Origin: a bacterium
Lineage (GTDB): Bacteria > Patescibacteriota > CPR2 > UBA1875 > CAIMLA01
DNA: 64,000 bases
NCBI GenBank assembly: GCA_037129835.1
Contig: JBAXUE010000001.1
Location: 90,085-154,084, forward strand
Reading direction: 5' to 3'
The notes beneath the pieces were generated by a model. It was not told the origin of the DNA. It did no database searches and saw only the letters and a list, made by a program, of their open reading frames with translations. Within the stretch, counting starts at the first letter, position 1; every line of letters begins with the position of its first letter. Shown piece after piece: positions 18,590-28,099 of this stretch. Made by a program: the position numbers and the translations under genes.

Positions 18590-20601
18590 GTGAAGAAAAG
18601 AAAAAAATAGAATCTACGCCAAGGCCGATTGCTGGTCGCGGTGGCCCGATGGGCGGGGGAATGATGCCGGGCGAGAAAGCGAAAAACTTTAAAACTACGA
18701 TGAAGAATCTCCTGGGTTATATGAAGCCTTATTGGATAGCAACTATTATTGTTATTATTTTTGCAATCGCTAGTACGGTGTTTGCCATTATGAGTCCAAA
18801 AATTCTTGGTAATATGACGACACAAGTTGTTAATGACTATGTTGATATGAAAGCATATGATTCACTAGTCGGTCAGTTACCAAAAGGAACGAAGATACCT
18901 GCAGGGACAACGGGCACAGATCTGCTCAAAAAAGCACCGCAGTCGATGACAACAAAGATTCCAGCCGATATGTTAGGCAGAATAAAAGGGCTTAATCTGA
19001 CAAAGCGGCCAGAAATCAATTTCAAAAAAATTGCTGATATTGCCACATTTCTTATTTGTTTGTATCTTTTGAGTGCACTTTTCAGTTTTATTCAGGGTTG
19101 GATAATGACAAATATTACTCAGAAAATAACTTATCAATTTCGAAAAGACATTTCAGATAAAATAAATAGAATGCCACTCCGGTATTTTGATACCAAGTCT
19201 TTTGGCGACGTACTAAGTCGAGTAACAAATGATGTCGACACTATTGGACAAACCCTGAACCAGAGCATGACACAAATAATTACTTCTATCACGATGATTA
19301 TTGGTATCCTGATAATGATGCTTTCTATTAGTTGGCAGCTTACCTTGGTCGCTCTTGTCACGATACCGCTTAGCTTTATCACTATTGGTTTAATAGTAAG
19401 TAAATCACAAAAATATTTTAAAACTCAACAGGCATCACTCGGAGAAATAAACGGTCATGTCGAAGAGATGTATGCGGGCCACAAAATTGTCAAAGTGTTT
19501 AATGGCGAAAAACAATCTGTTGATATTTTTAGAAGAATCAACAAAAAGCTTTATGACAGTGCTTGGAAATCACAGTTTTTATCCGGTTTGATGATGCCGC
19601 TAATGAACTTTTTTGGCAACCTCGGATTTGTAGGGGTTGCTGTTTATGGAGGCTGGTTGGCCATCAAGGGTTCTATCAACATTGGTGATATTCAGGCGTT
19701 TATACAGTATGTAAACCAATTTAACCAACCGATACTGCAGACCGCAAATATCGCCAATGTGTTACAATCTACTGCCGCGGCCGCCGAGAGAGTTTTTGAA
19801 TTTCTTGGCGAATCTGATGAACTAGCAGAGACTAGTAGACCGATAAAGATGCTTAACGTGAAAGGAAATGTCGACTTTAATGATGTAGTGTTTGGGTATA
19901 GCCCAGATAAAAAAATTATCAAGAATTTCAATGCAAAAGTACATTCAGGACAAAGAATCGCCATTGTCGGTCCCACTGGAGCAGGTAAGACCACAATGGT
20001 AAACTTACTTATGAGATTTTATGATGTCGATAAAGGTTCAATTAAAGTAGACGGTGTAGATATTCGTGATATGAAGCGTGCAGATCTTAGAAGAATGTTC
20101 GGAATGGTATTGCAGGACACTTGGCTTTTCCATGGTACTATCAAGGAAAATATAGCTTATGGGAATATACGTGCCAGTGAAAAGAAGATAATAGAGGCCG
20201 CTAAAGCCGCTCATGTAGACCATTTTGTTCATTCTTTACCAAATGGTTATGATATGGAGCTCAGCGAAGAGGCAGATAATATCTCACAAGGGGAAAAACA
20301 GCTTATGACGATAGCGAGAGCGATGCTTGCGGATCCGCCGATGCTTATCTTGGATGAGGCAACAAGCTCAGTCGATACTCGGACCGAAGTTTTGATACAA
20401 AAGGCTATGGAAAAGCTGATGGAGGGGCGAACTAGCTTTGTAATAGCTCACCGGCTCTCAACAATTCGTGGTGCAGATCTTATTCTAGTCATGGACGAAG
20501 GTAATATTGTCGAACAGGGTAAACACGACGAACTTCTCGAGAAGCAAGGATTTTATGCTAAACTATATAATAGTCAATTCACAGCACCGATGACGGAATA
20601 A
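18586..20601 (+). CDS. Heterodimeric ABC exporter, subunit B
   Basis: GPTGAGKTT, ISQGEKQ, LDEATSS, AHRLST. Confidence 0.93.
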   Translation: MSEEKKKIESTPRPIAGRGGPMGGGMMPGEKAKNFKTTMKNLLGYMKPYWIATIIVIIFAIASTVFAIMSPKILGNMTTQVVNDYVDMKAYDSLVGQLPKGTKIPAGTTGTDLLKKAPQSMTTKIPADMLGRIKGLNLTKRPEINFKKIADIATFLICLYLLSALFSFIQGWIMTNITQKITYQFRKDISDKINRMPLRYFDTKSFGDVLSRVTNDVDTIGQTLNQSMTQIITSITMIIGILIMMLSISWQLTLVALVTIPLSFITIGLIVSKSQKYFKTQQASLGEINGHVEEMYAGHKIVKVFNGEKQSVDIFRRINKKLYDSAWKSQFLSGLMMPLMNFFGNLGFVGVAVYGGWLAIKGSINIGDIQAFIQYVNQFNQPILQTANIANVLQSTAAAAERVFEFLGESDELAETSRPIKMLNVKGNVDFNDVVFGYSPDKKIIKNFNAKVHSGQRIAIVGPTGAGKTTMVNLLMRFYDVDKGSIKVDGVDIRDMKRADLRRMFGMVLQDTWLFHGTIKENIAYGNIRASEKKIIEAAKAAHVDHFVHSLPNGYDMELSEEADNISQGEKQLMTIARAMLADPPMLILDEATSSVDTRTEVLIQKAMEKLMEGRTSFVIAHRLSTIRGADLILVMDEGNIVEQGKHDELLEKQGFYAKLYNSQFTAPMTE

Positions 20602-20615
20602 ATGAAGGAGAATAA

Positions 20616-21293
20616 ATGACAGCGATCATGAGTCTTAAGGATATCTCGAAGATATACAAAACCGGTGATGAAGACACCTACGCATTAAATAAAGTGTCTT
20701 TAGATATTAATAAAGGGGAATTTGTAGCGATTATGGGACCTTCAGGTTCTGGAAAATCTAGTCTAATGCATATCATTGGGCTTCTTGACACTGCTTCTAG
20801 TGGTAGCTATTGTCTAAACGAGGAAGATGTCAGTAAGCTGTCTCGAAAAACCCAGGCGATAATCCGCAATCAGGAAATCGGCTTTGTTTTCCAGCAATTC
20901 AATCTTTTGCCCAGAACTAGCGTTACTGATAATGTACTTTTGCCGACTATTTATGGCAAAGTAAAAAATCCTGAAGCAAAGGCAAAAAAGCTTATTATGG
21001 AAGTTGGTCTCGAAAAAAGAGCCAACAACAAAAGCAATCAATTGTCCGGAGGCCAGGTACAGCGAGTAGCAATTGCTAGGGCATTAGTGATGGAGCCTTC
21101 TATTATTCTGGCAGATGAACCTACCGGCAACCTTGATACGAAAACATCTATTGAAATTATGACTTTACTCAAGGATATTAATAAAAAAGGCGCAACAATT
21201 GTGCTCATAACCCATGAACCCGATATCGCTAAATTTGCATCAAGAATCATCCATCTTCGTGATGGCCGGGTTGTCTCTGGAAAGGATAAATAA
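20616..21293 (+). CDS. MacB/LolD-type ABC ATPase
   Basis: GPSGSGKS, FQQFNLL, LSGGQVQR, ADEPTGNLD. Confidence 0.92.
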   Translation: MTAIMSLKDISKIYKTGDEDTYALNKVSLDINKGEFVAIMGPSGSGKSSLMHIIGLLDTASSGSYCLNEEDVSKLSRKTQAIIRNQEIGFVFQQFNLLPRTSVTDNVLLPTIYGKVKNPEAKAKKLIMEVGLEKRANNKSNQLSGGQVQRVAIARALVMEPSIILADEPTGNLDTKTSIEIMTLLKDINKKGATIVLITHEPDIAKFASRIIHLRDGRVVSGKDK

Positions 21294-21294
21294 G

Positions 21295-22563
21295 ATGAAA
21301 TATTGGATGATTTTAAAACAATCCCTTAAAGCTATTTTTGCGAATAAAGGAAGAAGTTTTCTTACGGTTCTGGGGATCATTATTGGCATTGGTTCGGTGA
21401 TTGCTCTTATCTCTCTGGGAAACGGAGTACAGTCAAGTATCGATAGCCAGATTAGTAAACTGGGCGCAACAAGTCTTACGATAATGCCAGGGGCAAGTAA
21501 TTTCGGCCCCAGTAGTAGCGGTTCTACATCACAAACCTCTGCACCAAAGGGCCCAGCTTCAGCAGGCGGTGGCTTTGGATCTGCCTCTACGCTTTCACCT
21601 GCTGATTTAACTTCTCTTAGTGATAAGACCAAAAATCCCAAAGTTAAGGCTGCTACAGGCGCCGTGAATGGCACGGCAATATTTACTGTTAAGGGCGTAG
21701 AGCAAAGAAATACAATAATCGGTACAAATGTTGATTACTTTAACATTCACAATTTGCCTATTAAATCAGGACATTCGATAAGTAACGCAGACCTCGATAA
21801 CAAGGCAAAAGTACTAGTTCTTGGGAGCACTCTTGCTGCCGAGGTTTTCCCTGATATAAACCCTTTAGACCAGTCTGTGACGATCGGTACTGATACTTAT
21901 ACCGTGGTTGGTGTACTAAAAAAGGCCACTGAAAGTAGCTTTTTAAATCCAAATTTAAACGGTTATGTTCCTTATACTTCTGCGATGACAACATTCGGCA
22001 CGAGCGCATTTAATACTATGTTGGCACAAGCCATAGATGAAAATTCCGTTGATAAAGCAAAAGCAGATACAGAAGCGATTTTACTAAAAAACCACGGAAT
22101 TACGGATAAAAAACTAGCGGACTTCTCTATTATGAGTTCAAAAGACTTACTTACTACAATTAGTAGTATTACTGGTATAATAACGTCGCTACTTGCTGGT
22201 ATAGCGGCTATCTCTTTGGTGGTTGGAGGTATCGGTATCATGAATATCATGTTGGTTTCAGTGACTGAAAGAACAAGAGAAATAGGTTTGCGCAAAGCGG
22301 TAGGTGCGAAAACATCAGATATTTTACTGCAATTTATTGTAGAAGCCGTCGTTCTTACCCTCGCGGGTGGCATTCTAGGAATCGGACTCGGGTATTTAAT
22401 TGGTCTAGTTGCTGCGAGATTTATGGATTTTACGCCAATAGTTACGCTTGAAGCGATATTCCTTGCAGTTGGAGTGTCTAGCGCAGTGGGTCTTGTTTTT
22501 GGAATTTACCCTGCGGCTAAAGCGGCATTATTAAATCCGATTGACGCACTAAGATACGAATAA
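21295..22563 (+). CDS. MacB/FtsX-family permease
   Basis: RSFLTVLGIIIG, GIMNIMLVSVTERTREIGLRKAVGA, NPIDALRYE. Confidence 0.92.
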   Translation: MKYWMILKQSLKAIFANKGRSFLTVLGIIIGIGSVIALISLGNGVQSSIDSQISKLGATSLTIMPGASNFGPSSSGSTSQTSAPKGPASAGGGFGSASTLSPADLTSLSDKTKNPKVKAATGAVNGTAIFTVKGVEQRNTIIGTNVDYFNIHNLPIKSGHSISNADLDNKAKVLVLGSTLAAEVFPDINPLDQSVTIGTDTYTVVGVLKKATESSFLNPNLNGYVPYTSAMTTFGTSAFNTMLAQAIDENSVDKAKADTEAILLKNHGITDKKLADFSIMSSKDLLTTISSITGIITSLLAGIAAISLVVGGIGIMNIMLVSVTERTREIGLRKAVGAKTSDILLQFIVEAVVLTLAGGILGIGLGYLIGLVAARFMDFTPIVTLEAIFLAVGVSSAVGLVFGIYPAAKAALLNPIDALRYE

Positions 22564-22741
22564 ATAATTATCTCGGAGCTCAATTACCAAACCTCGATCT
22601 ATATAATATATTTCTGGAAAAATAAAGACAACAAGTTTACTTTGTGTTAAATTAACGTTAAAATTTATTAACACAAGACCGCTTTACTAAAAGTAAAAAA
22701 TATTTAACAAACGGCACAGTAAATTGTAAAAGAGGAATAAT

Positions 22742-23527
22742 TTGGATTTCGATAGCATCCGACCACAAGGTCGGAAATCCATAACCAAAGAAGTCACTTC
22801 AAATAAACCTATTAGAAACATTGTTTATCATCGCAGAAATAAACTCTTAGTAATGGGTAAAATAAGCAAGAAGACTATAATTAAATTAGCTATATTAGTA
22901 GCTACTTCTTGTTTGATTATAGCTCTCGGTAGCTTATATCGCATTCCCGACAAGATCAAGGATAAGGTTGTTACTAAGCCCAAGAAGTCTATCGTATCAA
23001 TTGAAAAAACAGTGGCAGAGACACCCGTCTTAACGCCAGCTCCTGTCCAGGTTGCAGAGCCAGTCTCTGTGGTGGGGAACAATCAGTTAACGGGGACCAC
23101 AAACAATATATTATTAACAAACTATTACCTTGAAGTTCCTAAATTGAATATTTTTGGTAATATACTCGAAACGGATTCCATGGAAAAAGTAGACAGTATG
23201 TTAAAAAATGGCGTCGTTCATCTACCGGGGACGGTTAATCCAGGTAATATTGGAAATACTATGTTCACAGCCCATAGCTCTTACTACGACTGGGATTACT
23301 ATTCGCATATATTCGCGAAAATAAACAATCTCGAGAATGAAGATAAAATAATAATACATCAAAATAATGTTTTATATAGCTATAAAGTCTTTAAGAAAGA
23401 GGTAATAACGGCCGAACTAGAAGCTGTTAAATACGTTAAAGGAGAAGAGAATATCGTTTTGTTGACTTGCTGGCCAGTAGGGACGAGCCAATACCGATTG
23501 GCGGTATATGGTAAAAGAATTAAGTAA
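22742..23527 (+). CDS. Sortase-family transpeptidase
   Basis: TM anchor; PGNIGN..AHS, LLTCWP, R triad. Confidence 0.85.
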   Translation: MDFDSIRPQGRKSITKEVTSNKPIRNIVYHRRNKLLVMGKISKKTIIKLAILVATSCLIIALGSLYRIPDKIKDKVVTKPKKSIVSIEKTVAETPVLTPAPVQVAEPVSVVGNNQLTGTTNNILLTNYYLEVPKLNIFGNILETDSMEKVDSMLKNGVVHLPGTVNPGNIGNTMFTAHSSYYDWDYYSHIFAKINNLENEDKIIIHQNNVLYSYKVFKKEVITAELEAVKYVKGEENIVLLTCWPVGTSQYRLAVYGKRIK

Positions 23528-23560
23528 AGAAAATACTAATATCACTATGTTTAGATAGCT

Positions 23561-24766
23561 TTATTTACTCGTTTTAACTACAAGTATTTCTCTGCCCACA
23601 AATTGGTCTGCTCTTGAATAGGTGAGATTGCCCCTACCAAAGCGACGAACTCCAAGTCCTTCTGGTATATAGTCGATAAGTTCTAGGCCAAGACTTTCGA
23701 TTTCCTCAATAATAGTGAGATAAAAATACTCTTTATCAACAATAAAAAATGGAATCGCCAAAACGATAGTTCCGTCTTCGGGCATTTGTTTTTTAAGAGA
23801 TTCAAAAATCTTTATGTAGAATTGACTAAGCTTTGAAGCATCCGAAAGGGCTTTATCGCGACGTCGCTTTATTGGTTCACCGAGGTATCCTTCGCCCACA
23901 ATGGCTTTTGTGCTTATCATTTTTGTTGGTTCTAGGGCATCTGAAACAAAAATTTTTTCTTCAGGTACTTTTGGCATCCCGAATCGTGTATAAAGCCATT
24001 CTAGGTTTTCTTTTGTGTCGTCGATGTTTTTCTTTTCGATGTCGCTCGCAAAAATATCACGATAACCAAGAAAAAGTGCTTCTTGTAATATAGTCCCACT
24101 GCCGCAAAAAGGATCATATAAAGAGCTTGCTAAAGAAACCGAAGCCAGATTGATCATTATTTGTGCTAATTTCGGTGGTAACATCCCGTTACGACCATCA
24201 CGTTTTGGCCTACCAAAATCTCTTTTTGAATAAGCTTTGTAGTCTTGTACTTCGATAGTTTTACCAAGGAGATAGCCATTATCATTTTTAGCAATTATGG
24301 CTTCAAAGCCTCTTTCAATAAGTTTATTTTCAGTTACAATTACACTAGATAGATCGATGGTCTTCCCCGTAACGAAGCGTGCAGCATAGTTGCTGTCTTG
24401 TAAGCGGTTTTTTATGTCATAACCAATCTTAAGAACAAAATTTTTGTTCACATTTCCATATCCAGAGACACCAAAATTAACTCTTTTCTCAGATTCATAA
24501 TTTATTTCCGTAAGCAGCTTTTCTACAATTTCATCGCTCGAAAGATAACTCCCGAGAACGATAAACATTTTTATACTTCCGCCCAAGCTGTTTATTGATA
24601 GTAGAGGTAATTTGTCTTCAGCTATCTCTAGTAGTAAAATGTCGCCAACCAGAAATTGCAAAATAATTTCCACGCCAACCCTTTGGAGGTATGCAAATAT
24701 CTCAGCAACACTAAGTGCGGTATCTCGTCCTAAGGCAAAACCTATTTGAATATTCTTATTAGCCAT
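23561..24766 (-). CDS. Trm11-like (tRNA G10) SAM-dependent methyltransferase
   Basis: GMLPPKLAQIMINL, YDPFCGSGTILQEA, YSRADQFVGREI. Confidence 0.75.
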   Translation of the reverse strand: MANKNIQIGFALGRDTALSVAEIFAYLQRVGVEIILQFLVGDILLLEIAEDKLPLLSINSLGGSIKMFIVLGSYLSSDEIVEKLLTEINYESEKRVNFGVSGYGNVNKNFVLKIGYDIKNRLQDSNYAARFVTGKTIDLSSVIVTENKLIERGFEAIIAKNDNGYLLGKTIEVQDYKAYSKRDFGRPKRDGRNGMLPPKLAQIMINLASVSLASSLYDPFCGSGTILQEALFLGYRDIFASDIEKKNIDDTKENLEWLYTRFGMPKVPEEKIFVSDALEPTKMISTKAIVGEGYLGEPIKRRRDKALSDASKLSQFYIKIFESLKKQMPEDGTIVLAIPFFIVDKEYFYLTIIEEIESLGLELIDYIPEGLGVRRFGRGNLTYSRADQFVGREILVVKTSK

Positions 24767-24792
24767 TTAAGTTATTGTACTTTCTAGTAAAC

Positions 24793-24812
24793 ATCCCCGC
24801 TGAAGCGGGGAT
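24793..24812 (-). terminator. Hairpin downstream of the minus-strand tRNA pair
   Basis: atccccgc-tgaa-gcggggat. Confidence 0.55.
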
Positions 24813-24817
24813 TAAAT

Positions 24818-24841
24818 AATTTTGGTGGGACCGGCGCGACT
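24818..24841 (-). repeat. Duplicated 3' end of tRNA-Lys (att-like)
   Basis: aattttggtgggAccggcgcgact vs aattttggtgggCccggcgcgact at 24922-24945 (23/24 identical). Confidence 0.8.
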
Positions 24842-24926
24842 TCTCTCGAGATAAACTTCTCGTCTCAACTTTATTGTTCGAGTGAGATCGAGAACTATCT
24901 TATTTTTGTTAAAACCTGATAAATTT

Positions 24927-25002
24927 TGGTGGGCCCGGCGCGACTCGAACGCGCGACCAGTTGCTTAAGAGGCAATTGCTCTACCAACTGAGCTACAGGC
25001 CC
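24927..25002 (-). tRNA. tRNA-Lys(CTT)
   Basis: Reverse complement gggcctgtagctcagttggtagagc...ctCTTaa...gttcgagtc...cca. Confidence 0.94.
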
Positions 25003-25058
25003 GCAAATAACTTTGAAATTATACTCGATTTAGCTATTAATTTCAATGTTGTTGATAA

Positions 25059-25134
25059 TGGTGCGCCCGGTTGGATTCGAACCAACGGCCAATAGCTTAG
25101 AAGGCTACTGCTCTATCCCCTGAGCTACGGGCGC
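25059..25134 (-). tRNA. tRNA-Arg(TCT)
   Basis: Reverse complement gcgcccgtagctcag...ctTCTaa...gttcgaatcc...cca. Confidence 0.94.
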
Positions 25135-25381
25135 GCGCCAACATTCGCAGGTGCGCCACATAATCAAGTACACTTGTTAGCTTTGCACGTTTGTGATGCT
25201 TTCTTTGCCCCAAGATACATTACTTCGTACGGTTTTTTTGGGGACCCCTGTGAATATAGCATAATGTAAATATCTATTTTTATAAAATAGCCACTAGATT
25301 ATAGCTTAAAATCTGTATTTTTTCAATCTTCTATTTTATAATAATATTTGCTATAATTTATAAAACGAAAGGAAACATATA

Positions 25382-25981
25382 ATGCCAACAAAAACGAAAA
25401 AAGTATCGAAAAAAGAACCTAAGACAGAAGTAACTGTTCCAGTGACTGCTCCTAGTGACAAAGAAACAAATCCAACAACTATCGCGTTAATAGTTTTGGC
25501 ATTACTTATATTCGGCATAATCGGATATCTAGGATGGAACAATAAATTTGCTACACCAACTACCAAGACAGGCGGTACAACACAAACAGGGACAGTTGAG
25601 CCAACCCCAGATTTATCAGCAGAAGTTAATGATATAGGCCCCAATGAGGTAAAATTTACCGCGGCTAACTTTAAAACCGAGGTAGAAGACGCCAAGGGTG
25701 TTGTGGTTGTTGATGCCTACGCAGCATGGTGTCCTCATTGCCAAAAAATGGCTCCAGTCATGACCGAAGTTTCTAACATTTATAAAGGAAAAGCTAAAAT
25801 CGGTAAATTAAGTGCTAATAATCAAGATCCTTTAGACAAAGAAAATTTCGATTTTGCAGTTAATAACGGACTAGAAAGTTATCCTACTGTTTGGATATAT
25901 AAAGATGGGAAAAAAGTAGATACTAGTACTGGTGCTTTAACAAAAGAAGAATTAAGCGCTTTAATAGATAAATATCTATAG
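25382..25981 (+). CDS. Membrane-anchored thioredoxin-fold protein (WCPHC)
   Basis: Single TM; DAYAAWCPHC; cis-Pro YPT. Confidence 0.85.
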   Translation: MPTKTKKVSKKEPKTEVTVPVTAPSDKETNPTTIALIVLALLIFGIIGYLGWNNKFATPTTKTGGTTQTGTVEPTPDLSAEVNDIGPNEVKFTAANFKTEVEDAKGVVVVDAYAAWCPHCQKMAPVMTEVSNIYKGKAKIGKLSANNQDPLDKENFDFAVNNGLESYPTVWIYKDGKKVDTSTGALTKEELSALIDKYL

Positions 25982-26009
25982 ATAACGGGAAAATTTAATA
26001 TGTTAATTT

Positions 26010-26034
26010 AATGCCCCCTAGGTGGGGGCATTTT
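26010..26034. terminator. Bidirectional terminator
   Basis: aatgccccc-taggt-gggggcatt-tt. Confidence 0.75.
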
Positions 26035-26420
26035 TATTTCTTTTTATAATATTTAATAAGTTCTTTTACTTTATTTGAAACATCTAGTGGAGTTAGTTCG
26101 GCCTTGATTAGATATTCAGTCGCTCCTAGCTCATATATTTTTTCTGCGGTTTTTTCATCTGACAGATTTGTTAGCATGATGACAATAACATCTTTAAGCT
26201 CTTTTTGTTCCTTGATGTATTTAAGTACTTGAAGCCCATCAACCATAGGCATCATTATATCTAACAAAACTACATCAGGAACAAAATTGCTTTCAAGAAT
26301 ATCGATGGCTTTTTGCCCATCTTCACCCAGCTGAACCTCGAAACCATCAAGGGCAAACTTGCGACTATACATATCTACAAGTTGAATATCATCTTCTGCT
26401 AGTAATATCTTTATAGCCAC
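26034..26420 (-). CDS. Stand-alone response regulator receiver
   Basis: ILLAEDD, LLDIMMP..DG, MLTN, YLIK. Confidence 0.92.
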   Translation of the reverse strand: MAIKILLAEDDIQLVDMYSRKFALDGFEVQLGEDGQKAIDILESNFVPDVVLLDIMMPMVDGLQVLKYIKEQKELKDVIVIMLTNLSDEKTAEKIYELGATEYLIKAELTPLDVSNKVKELIKYYKKK

Positions 26421-26480
26421 TAGATATCTCCTATTTATATTTTATACCACTACTGCCAATAGTCAACTAAGCAAAAAGTG

Positions 26481-26509
26481 TTGACAAAAATGCAAAAACG
26501 AGGTACAAT
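26481..26509 (+). promoter_or_regulatory. Sigma70 promoter
   Basis: TTGACA(26481)-17-TACAAT(26504). Confidence 0.8.
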
Positions 26510-26515
26510 CTTTTC

Positions 26516-27055
26516 TATTGTTGTACCTACACATGAAAATCCGATCAGTATTTTCGCTCACCGCGGAAAAATGCCTTCTAAAGGATGAGAGAACTGTGAC
26601 TATGACAGTCACTGAAAACTCATCATTTCCTCGCACTAGCGAGGAGGCACCGCCAAAAGCGGAAGTACTGTTAAGATAGCGAGCCACGGGGCCAAGAAAC
26701 AGACAGGGAATTCAATTCCGTCTACCTACACATTTCCGGTATTCGTATCGGAAGGAATCGTGAAAGTAGCGGTGCGAAATCCCACCTTGTGTCTGCCCCA
26801 GAGCTCGTTGAGCTACGTACCTGCCACAGGCGCCTAAAAACCGTCGGCATGGATTTGTTGGAAAGGCTTGATGACATGCGGTTTGTATCCGCACAGTCTG
26901 ATACCGGACCACCTCCTGCTCTGTTTGATCAACAGGGCCCCGATGTAGGTGCATAGCTCGGCGGAAGCCGCAACATACCGAGTCCGCTCGGTATGTTGCG
27001 CGCTTCCGCCAACCTCAATATTGCAATTAAGAAGACCGACTGGGGTCTTTTTTTA
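26516..27055 (+). ncRNA. Candidate large structured RNA of unknown class
   Basis: Own promoter and terminator; many stems including a 10-bp 5'/3' closing helix; no + strand ORF of 60 aa or more from a start codon. Confidence 0.45.
26960..27055 (+). terminator. Long GC hairpin followed by an intrinsic terminator
   Basis: ggcggaagc-cgcaacataccgag/ctcggtatgttgcg-c-gcttccgcc, then aagacc...ggtctt-ttttt. Confidence 0.75.
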
Positions 27056-27110
27056 TTTAAAGTAATAATCTATACTTGAATACATCGCTGATAAGGGGCA
27101 AATTATCTTT

Positions 27111-28043
27111 ATGGTAAAAATTTTACACAACGCCTTTATATATATTAATAAAAATCGCTACTATATAGTCCCTAGTGTTTTGATTATTTTCGGAGTTATG
27201 ATGTTGGCTATATTCGGTTTTGGTCAAAATCAGGTCAAAAAAACCATTGTAGATAGAAAGTTTGCTGAGAGAATAATGCAAGCTGGAGAGCGAGATCAGC
27301 CCAAGATACCACCCATGCCCAAAGGAGAACAAAGAAATTATTTAGCTATTAATAATAAGCTTGTTCCTATTTTGATGTATCATCATATCAGGGAATATAC
27401 GGGCGATAATAAAATAGAGGCAGGCCTTAGTACTAGTCCAGCACTTTTTTCAGAACAGCTAGATTGGCTTAAAGAAAAAGGTTTTCATACTATTACTTTT
27501 TCGGACCTTTTTACTGGAAAAGTAGAAGATAAATCAATAATACTTACTTTTGATGACGGCTATCGAGATAACTATGAAGTGGCTTACAAAAAATTAAAAG
27601 AAAATGGGCAAAAAGGAGATTTTTTTGTTTTTACAGGTGCAATAGGCGCTTCAGAAGCTTTTTTGACAAAAGATATGATAAAAGAAATGTCAGATTATGG
27701 GATGGAGTTTGGATCTCATACTATTAATCATGTTGATATGTCTGTTGCAGATAAGGAAACGCTGGCCACCCAATTAAGTGGAAGTAAATCCGTGTTAGAA
27801 GGAATAACTGGCAAGAAAGTAGAATTCTTATGCTATCCCAGTGGCAAATATAATGCTTTGGCAGAAGCTGAGGCTAAGGCAGCGGGTTATAAGGCCGCAG
27901 TAACAACTAGGCCATATGCTGACAGTTCGAATCTGTACGAAATTCCTAGAATCAGAATGAATCCAGGAACTCCCACAGAAGGTCTCTCATTATCCATCAG
28001 GGGATATCTCTTATCGTCAGATAGATATAGCTGGACTTTTTAG
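27111..28043 (+). CDS. Polysaccharide deacetylase (CE4/NodB)
   Basis: PILMYH, LTFDDGY, GSHTINH, CYPSG. Confidence 0.9.
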   Translation: MVKILHNAFIYINKNRYYIVPSVLIIFGVMMLAIFGFGQNQVKKTIVDRKFAERIMQAGERDQPKIPPMPKGEQRNYLAINNKLVPILMYHHIREYTGDNKIEAGLSTSPALFSEQLDWLKEKGFHTITFSDLFTGKVEDKSIILTFDDGYRDNYEVAYKKLKENGQKGDFFVFTGAIGASEAFLTKDMIKEMSDYGMEFGSHTINHVDMSVADKETLATQLSGSKSVLEGITGKKVEFLCYPSGKYNALAEAEAKAAGYKAAVTTRPYADSSNLYEIPRIRMNPGTPTEGLSLSIRGYLLSSDRYSWTF

Positions 28044-28099
28044 AGGTTTTAAGATAATGGCTAGGGTGTTAAGATAATAGTCAAAGGATTAGGATAGAA

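Noticed and set aside
26516-27055. tmRNA, RNase P RNA, SRP RNA or cobalamin riboswitch
   Set aside because: No tRNA-like ends with CCA, no GAGGAAAGUCC/P4 partner, no complete SRP helix-8 motif and no B12 box; only short partial look-alikes
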